This document shows positions 37,191-47,892 of a stretch of DNA of 64,000 bases, one piece after another. Both the position numbers and the translations under genes were made by a program. Each line of letters starts with the position of its first letter. The stretch's first letter is position 1. A model generated the notes under the pieces. The model worked only from the letters and a program-made list of their open reading frames with translations. It was not told the DNA's origin and searched no databases. The stretch comes from Owenia fusiformis (Eukaryota): contig CAIIXF020000001.1 in assembly GCA_903813345.2 (NCBI GenBank), forward strand, positions 30,256,001 to 30,320,000. The letters are read 5' to 3'.

Positions 37191-38045
37191 CACTGGTTAG
37201 TATCAAAATGTGGTTACGGCCGTTACCTTCTCATCTAAGATGGAGGACGGAAAGTGTCGATTTCGATATTTTTGGTTTTCGTCGAATTAAACTACTTTAT
37301 AATTGACGTAATGCTTAGACATTTGAACTTGATAGGCCTTACATAATATGGAAACTTTGGAGTATGACCATCTGTTCGTAAATCATACGTGGACGCCATA
37401 ATCCATACGGTCAGCGTGTTCCACCGCTTAAGGGAAGGTAACTGAAAGTGCATGATACTATATAACTGACACGTCTGTTTCCAAGATGATGCGGTTACTG
37501 TATGAAGTTAATAATATAGATCTTTTTGTTTCAGACCAAAATGATGCACTTCGCTATAATGTGCAGTTATTGTACATTACGGTTGGAAAGTGTAGCATTT
37601 ATCCTGGACCATACGATAGGATGCCATGCAATAGACGTCCCAGATAGCAACTTCATTTTATAAAAACGGAGCTAAATGTCGAGACAGGTGTCGATGTCGA
37701 TTAATTAATTGAAATTGGGAATCGAGATAATGTGAGCCCCCACTTGTTATATACCATTATAAACTCTCATAGCGTTACCGCATCACCACAGATCAGTTAT
37801 CGTATCATTTGCAAAATCAAAATCTCAGTTACCTTCCCTTAAGCGTTGTAACATACAGTTGAATCATGACGCTCCAAAGTTTCCATGATATATAAGGCTT
37901 ATCAAGTTCAAATATCAAAGCATTACGTCAATTATAAAGTATAGTTTAATTCGACGAAAACCCAAAATATCGAAATCGACACTTTCCGTCCACCATCTTA
38001 GATGAGAAGGTAACGGCCGTTACCGCATCTTGATACTGACCAGTG
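37191..38045. mobile_element. Non-autonomous DNA transposon with long TIRs (CACTGG termini) upstream of desaturase paralog 1
   Basis: About 170 bp of high-identity TIR (37191-37362 vs 37872-38045), plus an inner inverted block CGCTTAAGGGAAGGTAACTGA. Flanks are AATAG and AATAT. Confidence 0.85.
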
Positions 38046-39070
38046 AATATAGTTTAACAACGGTTTATTGTAGTAGAGCTATTTGAGATTTATTTAAGCG
38101 GATCAGTCTTTTACAGCTACTATTCTTGTACTATGTAACAGGCGGCAAATACACAGCTTACCAGTGGTTTTTTAATCCATTTGACATTGTCTGTTACCCT
38201 TTCCAATAGTTTTTGCTTCTTTAAAAGAGAGCTTCAACTTCACTTAATGAACTAGACTCTCATAATTGTATTCAGGGTAATTGTCTGAGTGTGTGTGAGA
38301 GAGTTATCTTATCACAATCCGCTTGACGATCTATAGCAGTTCATTAGATATTCACAAAGACCAAATCGAATGTGATAACTTTTACCGGTCGTTTCTATTT
38401 ATCATACACTCCCTTTCAAAACTGTATGGCAACACCATCTCCTCTTTTGGATAACATGTTAAGACCTATTCATATGTTTTCCAATATCCTCAAATCGACT
38501 AATGTACCCTAGGAAAAGGTTGGAAAATAAACAGGCTTTAACAGACTATCAAATGGGGAGATTGGGGTTGGGGATTGGGATTGGGATTGCCATATTTTTG
38601 AAGAGAAGTGTACGTTACATACTTGCGATCAAAACACCAAAAATATTGTGGGTGACCCTTGGAAACTATTGAATGGATCAGGCTCTTAGCCAAATAAGGT
38701 ACCATGTTGATCAAACATGCTAAATGTATAGGCTTACTTTCTCACGATTGTATTGATATAAATACTATATATTTGAATTATGGAAGCTATTTTTAACTAT
38801 TTTGGAATATTCAATGGAAATGTTTTTTTGGATTTGGCCTATAACTATTGTTCGATAAGATAATTTAATATGAGGGGTTTGAAGTGTGTATTTAATCAAC
38901 CAAGTGCTGATGGTACAAACGCCAGGGTGAGTGAGATAATGGTCATTATTCCTTTAAGGACTAGTTTTCTCGTATATCGGTAATACAATTGTCATTTGAG
39001 GTAACGCCTCACCTTTAAACTGGAATACTGATGCTTTTTCGAGTCAAATTTGAACTATTGATATATCATA

Positions 39071-39300
39071 CAGGCTCGTAGCCAGGGGGGGGGGGGGGGT
39101 TCGCAGGGTTCGGGCGAATCCCCCCCCCCCCCCCCCCCTCGGCCAAAAATTCTTTCAAAATCATGCAGTTTATCACCATTTTTAGCACTTCTCAAGTGAT
39201 TTCAGCCATATTTGGGCCAAAATTGTCAAATGTGTACCCCCCTGGAAATTTTTGAAAACTACCCCCCCCCCCCCCTTGGCAAATCCTGGCTACGGGCCTG
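39071..39300. mobile_element. MITE of the CAGGCCCGTAGCCAGG-TIR family (copy 3, complete, 5-bp TSD TCATA)
   Basis: TIRs CAGGCTCGTAGCCAGG / CCTGGCTACGGGCCTG; TCATA at 39066-39070 and 39301-39305; poly-G and poly-C runs inside. Confidence 0.85.
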
Positions 39301-39633
39301 TCATAGACCCAAGTTCTAATAAACGTCAATAAACTAAATATGATTAAAATAGGTGCATGTGCACTCATATATTTTGACTTATAATTGACTGATACAAAAA
39401 CACAATATAAATTAATAAAACGTTCATTCTATCACGATATAAAGTGCACCAAGAAAGAAATATAGACTAGAGTACACGTCTACTCTAATTTAATGATTAA
39501 CCTAATAAAAAAACTATTTCCTATTTAACCGATGATATTCTTAGATATGAAAATGACCAAAGTGCATTCAGTGTTACCCTGGTGATTAGTTACAACTAAA
39601 ACAACTCCTATCGTGATTTTTGGGGGACTGAGT

Positions 39634-39827
39634 CATGGGCGTAGCGCTATTTTCCTAAGTAGTACGCCACCACCACAAGAACAAGAGTTGGCTGAATCCA
39701 AAAACGAGCATTTATGGGGTCTGGGGTTCTCCCCCAGGAAAATTTTGAAATTTGGCTGTATTTGGAGCGAATTTGCAACCATCTGGTACGCCTGTGCGTA
39801 CCCAGCGTACCGGGCGCTACGCCCATG
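39634..39827. mobile_element. MITE with CATGGGCGTAGCGC TIRs and 5-bp TSD TGAGT
   Basis: Perfect 14-bp TIR; TGAGT at 39629-39633 and 39828-39832. Confidence 0.85.
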
Positions 39828-39862
39828 TGAGTTGAAGTTGTTGTTAAGTTTAAGTTAATATT

Positions 39863-39956
39863 CATAGGCGTAGGGACCATAGCCAATAAAAATAAAACCA
39901 TGAGAAAGAAGAAAAGAGCCACCCTTTCCCCTGACTGAAAGCTGGCTACGCCCCTA
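39863..39956. mobile_element. Short degenerate MITE with 5-bp TSD ATATT
   Basis: CATAGGCGTAG ... CTACGCCCCTA flanked by ATATT (39858-39862 and 39957-39961). Confidence 0.6.
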
Positions 39957-40100
39957 ATATTGATAATGATATTTCGACACAATATTTTACATAAATTGAT
40001 GTACTTAATTGATAATGACTTTTAAACGTCGTCCAATCTAGAAGAACTCGTGTCAAAAGTTTATGTTATTAATATGAATAATGCGTTTAAGTTATTCATC

Positions 40101-41609
40101 TCATCGAGGGTCAAGTTTAAAATGCGTAGACATTTTCTTTAGATGCATCAAAGTTCTCTTGATGGCTTCAAACCAGCCACATTCATCATAGTGTATTCCC
40201 AGGTCTTTGCACGTCTTACGTATATGAATACTTGCTTCTCTGTATTTGTGACGGGGCATTAATGGGTAAAGATGGTGCTCTATATGAAAGTTTAGTCCAC
40301 CGTGAAACCAATCTAGCCATTTAGGATTCTTGATGTTGATATTGCATTCGATCTGCATGCGATACCAGTTTTTCTCCACGCAGATATTCTCTTTCTGGAA
40401 GAAATCCTTGCAGTAGTGACTGATTAACAGCTGTACATGGAGAATTCCCTGGAAGATGGATGCCAAAGAATAAAATATGATGACCCGACGCCAGGTGGGG
40501 AGAAAAGAGAACAACAGAGACATCCATGACCAATGGAGCATGAACGCAAACCATTCGTACCAACGCCGTTCCGTTTTGAAGCCATCCAGCATAATTCCAA
40601 TCCTGCCTACAATAACACAAATTGGGATGAAGGTAATGTGCTGGATCCGGATGCATAGTTCTTCGATATTCGAGGAGTAGAAAGGGAAAAGTTTCTCATT
40701 TTGAGCCCATATCGGTTCTCGCATTTGTGGATCGAAAAATTGTTGGCCGTAATCCACAGTGTTGGTCAGGGCATGGTGTACGTAGTGCTCATCGCGCCAC
40801 CAGTGTCCATTCACTCCGAGGCAAGTAGTGCCAAAGAAAAGGCCCAACCAACGGTCGATTTTACGATTATGGAAGCCCTGGTTGTGCATAAAGTCGTGCA
40901 TGAAGAAGCCACATTGTTGCCAAAAGGCGGCGATAGTGAAGGAGGCAAGGAAATGCATGTACCATTGCGTGTGACAGGTAACCAGATACCATGTTAGTCC
41001 AAAAAGTAAAACAGTTACCATCACCTTTTTGAGGTACCAGCTGAGACTCGTTTTAAAGAAGCCATTGTTGATGAAAAATAAATGTAAATTGGCAAAAGCT
41101 TCGGCTGCTGGGTCGCTTGAACATTGTATATACTGTCCTACTGGTTTGCGATGTTTTAGCACATCTTCGCCATGGAACGCTTTGAACACGGGTGTCGAAT
41201 CTTTCCCTATAAAATGTTCAATGAGATCTCCACCTGGATGATATGGTATAAAATTAGTGATATCATACCAGTTTCCATCAATTCCGATAAGTTTGGCGTT
41301 TGGATGCTCCTTCATATACCGATTATAGTCTATTTGTTGTGTTGGAGTCAGGCTAAATCCATTCCTCTTATGCAACATCGTGTGTCCATTTGATATTCCG
41401 TTCGTTCTGGCTTTTTTGTAATTGTTGTTGTTCATCTGATTGTCACATGTATCATTCACGATAGCATGCTTTCCTGGTCCGACTGCTGTTGTGTTGGAAC
41501 AAGAGTCGGCTGCTTTGACCATGCTATAGTTACATTTCATGTCATCAATAGTTGTGATTCGTTCAGTTGACTCCCCTTCGACGCTGGAGGTTCTAACACT
41601 CAAAGTCAT
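40101..41609 (-). CDS. Cytochrome b5-fused (front-end-type) fatty acid/sphingolipid desaturase, paralog 2, intronless CDS
   Basis: ORF with HPGG, HDFMH, HYVHH and HIEHH; it ends LDPR like paralog 1. The ORF track starts at 41672. I place the start at ATG 41609 (GCCGACATGA), just downstream of an acceptor-like TTTTTATTACAG, but the start is uncertain. Confidence 0.9.
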   Translation of the reverse strand: MTLSVRTSSVEGESTERITTIDDMKCNYSMVKAADSCSNTTAVGPGKHAIVNDTCDNQMNNNNYKKARTNGISNGHTMLHKRNGFSLTPTQQIDYNRYMKEHPNAKLIGIDGNWYDITNFIPYHPGGDLIEHFIGKDSTPVFKAFHGEDVLKHRKPVGQYIQCSSDPAAEAFANLHLFFINNGFFKTSLSWYLKKVMVTVLLFGLTWYLVTCHTQWYMHFLASFTIAAFWQQCGFFMHDFMHNQGFHNRKIDRWLGLFFGTTCLGVNGHWWRDEHYVHHALTNTVDYGQQFFDPQMREPIWAQNEKLFPFYSSNIEELCIRIQHITFIPICVIVGRIGIMLDGFKTERRWYEWFAFMLHWSWMSLLFSFLPTWRRVIIFYSLASIFQGILHVQLLISHYCKDFFQKENICVEKNWYRMQIECNINIKNPKWLDWFHGGLNFHIEHHLYPLMPRHKYREASIHIRKTCKDLGIHYDECGWFEAIKRTLMHLKKMSTHFKLDPR

Positions 41610-42710
41610 GTCGGCTGCAACTGTAATAAAAACGACATTGATATTAAGCACCCAGAATAAACCATGCATCAATATTAAGCATCTACGATTTTTATCCGTG
41701 GTTTTGTCTTTGAAGTGCTACTCTGCCCTTATCATTGATAAATGACATTTGTACCGTATTCATTTATGAAAAAAACGTTAACTGTACCTTGCAACGTGCG
41801 TATGTTTATCAGTCGAGTACCTTAATACTCATTCATAAACAATTTCACATCATATTAATTATTTGTATTTTTTCATTTAGAAACATTGCGAAAATTGTAT
41901 GGAACAAGTCAAATCAGTCCAAACTCTCTAAAGTTATATTTAATCAAAACTATTGCAAGTCTTCATAGGTTATGTGTACTTTTTATCACTAATTAGTAAT
42001 CATATTAGTTCAGGAAACATATACACACCACAATTCAATTTGTTGTTAAATTCAAATGACATTTGAATCTTTTCAACATGTGTTTGATATAGCCTAACAG
42101 TTGCTGAAAGGAGCATTTATTGGCTACTCGATAACGCGGTTAGATTTGAACAGTTTCCTGAGTTTACTCACAGAGCCGGAGCCAGATCCAGCCCCTATTG
42201 GTATTAGGCTCAAAGAATAAATGGTATATTTATTGAGCCTAGACACTACTGAAGAAGAGGTAATCTGGCAGAGGTCCGTGCTGAGCGTGTATTCAAGAAT
42301 GCAACTACCGGCTGCCGGATTAACCTACTATTTTATGACCAACTCATTTAAATATGATATGGCAGGTACATAAAATAGTAGGTTGATCCTGTAGCTGACA
42401 GACGTTCGCGAATACCACAGGAAGTTGTATCAAGTCCTTTTTGGGCCTAACAGAGCTTTTTTCCCTTCCCCACTCTCAGAACAGATGTATTCCTCAAGGA
42501 TTCCCTCCTCGCGCTGAAAGAATAGGTGAAATCAAAAGTAGATTTTCTACAAGATCCGTATTCAAAATTCGACCAAACTTGCACAACTTACACGGGGGTA
42601 AAGCAGACCCGATGATGCAATGAGCTTGCTCGGCGGTATCATGACTGTGTAACGGGTCTTAATGTATAAGTGTGCTCGGCGGTAGGTTCAAACAACGCGG
42701 ATCCTCAAAG

Positions 42711-42736
42711 CATGGACTTCTAATTTGAAGTCCATG
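42711..42736. mobile_element. 26-bp TIR-only element with 7-bp TSD
   Basis: CTCAAAG|CATGGACTTC-TAATTT-GAAGTCCATG|CTCAAAG. Confidence 0.7.
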
Positions 42737-44123
42737 CTCAAAGCATGTGCTCATGGTATATTCGTGTTTTAACACCCGTGACTTAGTAATTAGAAAATAT
42801 AAAGGTGTATTTTATACAAACCAGCTGATTCCACAAATGAATTTGACCCTCGCCTAAACCATGGAGGTAAGCTTACATAATCATCCATGTCTACTTAGAG
42901 GTTACGTCACTGTAAATGCCAGGTTCTGCCAATGTGTATACCAACCTTGAGAGGTTTGGGCAAGAACCTTTCACGTCATAGTGAATCAGTGACATAATTG
43001 ATGTATTACATACCTTTATTCCCATGGCTACTATGGATCAATGACGTCACATATCAGAGTGGGAGTAGAATTTGAAGGAAATGAAACATGACGTCATTAT
43101 ACTGTCATGGTTATTAAAGAAAGTGGATAATATCTCTCCGGTGGATTTTAAAGGAAATTTTCCATCACGAGTGGGTGTTGTAAGGAAGATATTCCTCACC
43201 AGTAGCTGTTGTAAGAAATAAAGAGTTAGGCAACAACGTGGAAACCAAATGTATATTTTTATTTGTCATTCTGTGTCCCGATGTAAAAGGGTAGGTGGTC
43301 CAATCAAATTTTGGTCCTACTCTGTATTGATTTATATGGTGACCGAATTACAATTATTTTCCTTATTATTTATACACAGTCAGGGCCAGTAAGTGCCGTG
43401 AGGAAAGGGGACCATAATCCCCAGGGGACCATAATTTATTTTACACCGGTGTCGCACTGGTCAAATTAGGGTCAGTCCTTTGGTGATTTGATTAGATTCG
43501 ATTTTAAAAAGACACTCCAAGGTTTGCTTAGTTGATAAATTAGTTAATATAAATTAATAGTTTATAATGGGTGTGCGATTTTATATCTGTACATAGTACG
43601 CGAAACAAGTAGCTCCTCTGTACCAGTCACAGGCTACTTTATATTGAAATATTACAACATTTGATTAAATAATTAATTAATGAATCATTCATGATTCAGA
43701 CGAAATCAATTAAATTATGACCTTCTCTGTTAATCATTAATAAAATCAATTTCTTTTTGAGTTTGATTTGGTCCACGTGAAAAATAGAAGCAGCAAGAAT
43801 CTGAATTATTTCCTCACTTTCATCATGATAAACCATGACTTCTCATTTGTTCTCAGCCCTGAGATGGTGAAACAGAAAGATGCTATGAGTATCTGATAAT
43901 CAGAATGGTTCACTTTAAGACCTTATTAAGTGTTAATCATAATTGGTGTAATTTACGTCTTACTTTCAAGAGGTTAAAAACGTAACAATACGTAACGAGT
44001 CTAGTTGGCGAGCCAAAATATTGTTTTGACGTGCGTTTCTCAACGTGGGTTCCATAAAATACGTGCGTCCATTGGTAAAACCATGTTTGCATTGATTTGC
44101 AAGTGTCGATTACAACAAACATT

Positions 44124-46103
44124 AACAAGGCATTAACATGACAAAATGTCACCACCTAAAACAATTTGGTCAATTTAAAGCAAGTTGGAAAATACCTTTT
44201 GACCTTAAGAAGGTTTTTGAAGATTTGAGCTTCTGGGATCTTGTAGATGATTTTGAAAAAAGAAATTGTTCAATCTGAAGCAAGTTAAAACTAGTTGCAC
44301 ACAAATCTTAAGTCAGATTTGAACTTCTTAGAACATGTAGATGATTTTGAAAAAAAAATTCGTCAATTTGAAGCAAGTTGAAAAAATACCTCTTTGACTT
44401 TTTTTGACATTGAGAAGGTCATTGAAGGTCAAATGTCAAATGTAAAGTCAGATTTGAACTTCTGAGAACATGTAGATGATTTTGAAAAAAAAATTAAGTA
44501 AATTTGAATCAAGTTGAAAAAAGACCTTTTTGACCTTGAAAAGGTCATTGAAGGTCAAATGTCAAATCTAAAGTCAGATTTGAACTTCTGAGAACTTGTA
44601 AAGTCAAAGGATCTAGTGCACCCGCCATTATGATCTCCCCATGAACAAAATGAATCATTTTTAGGTGTAACATAAAGAATACAATGTCACATAATACTGT
44701 GGAAAATATTTAAGCGTTTGGACCCACATGGGCTGAGGTTGAGGTCATTAAGTTCAGCAAGGGTGTATTGACTTGCCATTGGATGTGCTCCATTGACTTA
44801 ACATGTGGATATCATCAGATTCCAATGGAGTCCATTGGTTTCTATTGATTTTCACAAAAATACCTAAAATACACTATGACCTGAATCGATTGCAAATTAA
44901 ATAATTTCACAATATGACACAAATGGTATATCACATCAGATGTGCAAATAATAAGTTTGCAATCGATTCAGGTCATACTTCAAATTAAAGGCTTAGACAT
45001 TTTTTTCATCATTTTTTTCCTACAAAATGGCTATAGGAAAATGCTTCAAAAGCAACTTTTACACTTATGAAATCCCATACAACTTTGTAAATCCAAAGAT
45101 TATACTGTTATGTTTCATTAATTAATAACATATTTGGATAAGATGTAGGGATGTGTAGGATGCAAATGGATTTTGACAGACACAAAAACACTTCCTGGTT
45201 TGGCATCTCGACCCCTGTACACTTTATGATTGAATATTGGCCCTAATAAGTGGCCCATTCATCAATACAGTGCTGAATATAGGTCAAAAAGATACTAATG
45301 TACATATAAATGTAATAATAAAAGCAGTATTTTTATTTTGAAAAATCAGATGAATTATTTTTTTCTCATGGGGAGATCCCAATCAGGCAAGGTCCTTTGA
45401 ACTTCTGAAAAGATTTGGTCAATTTGAAGCAAGTTGAAAACAGACCTTTTTGACCTTTTTTGACCTTGAGAAGGTCATTAAAGGTCAAATGTCAAATCTA
45501 AAGTCAGATTTGAATTTCTGAGAACATGTAGATGATTTTGAAAAAAAAAATTAATCAATTTGAAGCAAGTTGAAAAAAGACCTTTTTGACCTTTTTTGAC
45601 CTTGAGAAGGTCATTGAAGGTCAAATGTCAAATCTAAAGTCAAATCTAAAGTCATATTTGAATTTCTGAGAACATGTAGATGATTTTGAAAAAATTTTTT
45701 AGTCAATTTGAAGCAAGATGAAAAAATACCTTTTTTGACATTGAGAAGGTCATTGAAGGTCAAATGCCAAATCTAAAGTCAGATTTGAATTTCTGAGAAC
45801 ATGTAGATGATTTTGAAAAAAAATTTAGTCAATGTGAAGCAAGTTGAAAAAAGTCCTTTTTGACCTTGAGAAGGTCATTGAAGGTCAAATGTCAAATCTA
45901 AAGTCAGATTTGAACTTCTGAGAACATGTAGATGATTTAGAAATAAATTGAAGTCAGTCTAAACAGTATTTGTTAAGTTATAGGAAGTGGTAAGAAATTG
46001 TTACAGACGCCGGACGCCGGACGCCAACCTCCAACCACCAACCGCCGTCGCAAAAAAACGGAGACCATAACAATATGTCACCACTTTCGGTGGTGACATA
46101 ATA
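44124..46103 (-). mobile_element. Helentron-associated (HINE/DINE-like) element with a 120-140-bp satellite array and a nested insertion at about 44605-45400
   Basis: One end is AACAAGGCATTAACATGACAAAATGTCACCACC. The other end has the hairpin TATGTCACCAC-TTTCG-GTGGTGACATA next to a short GACGCCG microsatellite. The tandem unit is TTGACCTTGAGAAGGTCATTGAAGGTCAAATGTCAAATCTAAAGTCAGATTTGAACTTCTGAGAACATGTAGATG... Confidence 0.8.
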
Positions 46104-46244
46104 AAACGGATTTGGGGATGTTATATGATAGTCCAAAATCCCGGGCCAAAACAGCATCTTCGAAGACTTTAAGGGGGCCTGCTGTATGCTTTACCTGATA
46201 TTCAGGCCTTTTCCTTATTTTGAATTCCAACAGCATTTAAAAGA

Positions 46245-46478
46245 CTGAACATGTTTCTTCAGGTTGGTAATTAATTTTTATATCCATAACTGTTACTGTT
46301 TGACGCAACCTTAAATTTATTGTTTATTGACGTTTCGAGATTTATTGACGTCACAAGATAAGATCGGGTCCAACGCCAGAAGTTAAAATTCTGAGGAAGA
46401 AACGCAAAGTGTTTTCGAAACGTCAATAAACAATAAATTTAAGGTTGCGTCAAACAGTAACAGTTATGGATATAAAAA
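46245..46478. mobile_element. Penelope-like element remnant (inverted tail arrangement) with 11-bp TSD
   Basis: Direct repeat CATTTAAAAGA at 46234-46244 and 46479-46489. An approximately 64-bp perfect inverted repeat spans 46275-46338 vs 46415-46478. A hammerhead core lies inside. Confidence 0.7.
46382..46431 (+). ncRNA. Putative minimal type I hammerhead ribozyme
   Basis: CTGAGGA, then A, then stem II GAAACGC-AAA-GTGTTTTC, then GAAA-CG-TC. Predicted cleavage is after C46424. Stem I is short (ATT/AAT, extendable with GTT/AAC), and a palindromic ACGT replaces stem III. Confidence 0.6.
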
Positions 46479-47892
46479 CATTTAAAAGAATTGTAAAATG
46501 TATGAGAAATTGAGCCTTATAATTGTCTCAATGTCTTTTTAGAATTTTTAAAAGTTACTCAACAGTCTTTTACCTTAAAGTTTTCTCTCATCTTTTTTAT
46601 CTTGTACATATCCCTTTTTAGCATATCAATGATCTGATAATTATTAGTATTTAAAAATGAGATAAAATAAATAGAAATGAGATCAAATTACACTTACGGC
46701 AAATTTTAGATATACACCTCCCAGTAATATAGAGTCAATGTTTCAAGAGATGTTTTCTGACTTGACGTTGCTATGTAAGACTTCTTGCCTTATAGCGCCT
46801 TGTTTCGAAAATAAATAGGATTCTCAATTATTCGAATAGTACTCCAATCGGTTGAATTTACATGTAGGCTATTAATATTGAATTCGATTTGGATAAGATT
46901 AAGGGGTCGATTCAAAAATCTTTATATTGTTGATTTGTGGAGGAGGGATATAAGTGGGGGGTCAAGGGCCGATTGGTTAAGTGATGCCTTTAACTTTTTG
47001 CAATAAGCCTTCAAAGCACTGCCTTAATGGTTTGAACTCAATATTTGAGGTTTACTTTAGTATATGGTCAAAGCTATAACGAAAGTAAACAGCGTTACTC
47101 GAAGTACTGTTAGTTTGATCAAATCCCCCAACAGTATTAAATCAATAGCAGTTCAAAAGAATACTTATGCAATTGGAAACGATTATTACTACAGATTGGA
47201 GGTTTCATTTTATTGTGAATTGTGCTGACAAAGACTCATTTCTGTCAACTGTGGTAGCAAATAGCAACACCATTCGGCGAAGAAAACATAACCCGGAAGA
47301 CACAAACATTCCTATATAAGCAGTATTAGGATCGTTAGTCAGCTTAAAGAAAAATGTGTACAAAGTAAATTATTTCCTTTCTTGACTGCGAACCTTGTCT
47401 GGACCATACACACCGTGATCATGGTGACACAACATAGATGTATTCATCGTGCAAATGTTGAGTGCACGTGTCCGCACCAAGGCCCTTAAAGTGTATGTGT
47501 ACCCTGTGCTGCTGTATTACCTTTCAGCGGGTGCGTGGGTGGAGCGTACACCAAATCCGCACATGCGCACCGAATGAATTTGAAAATATAGTGAAAATGT
47601 GTATTATTTGCGGTGTTTTGTGTACTTAATTCAAAATACATTATTTGTTTATTCATTGATGATTCGGTTATAGCGTAGGCTACTAACCTAACTGTTTTTA
47701 ATGATTGAATGGTGCAATGAAAGACGCATCAGAGTAGATTTGACTCATTGGCTATGTAACGTATATAGATTTTGAAATGGAACTTAATCTTGGAATACTA
47801 GCTAAAGATTTTACAATGATGTCTTCATTCTTCTATGATGTGGATATCCACATTTACTATTATTTTGTAGAATTTATAAATTTTGCGCATTT

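Noticed and set aside
40321..41393. Alternative-frame and antisense ORFs overlapping the desaturases and MDH1B
   Set aside because: They are shadow ORFs of real coding sequence with no independent motifs.
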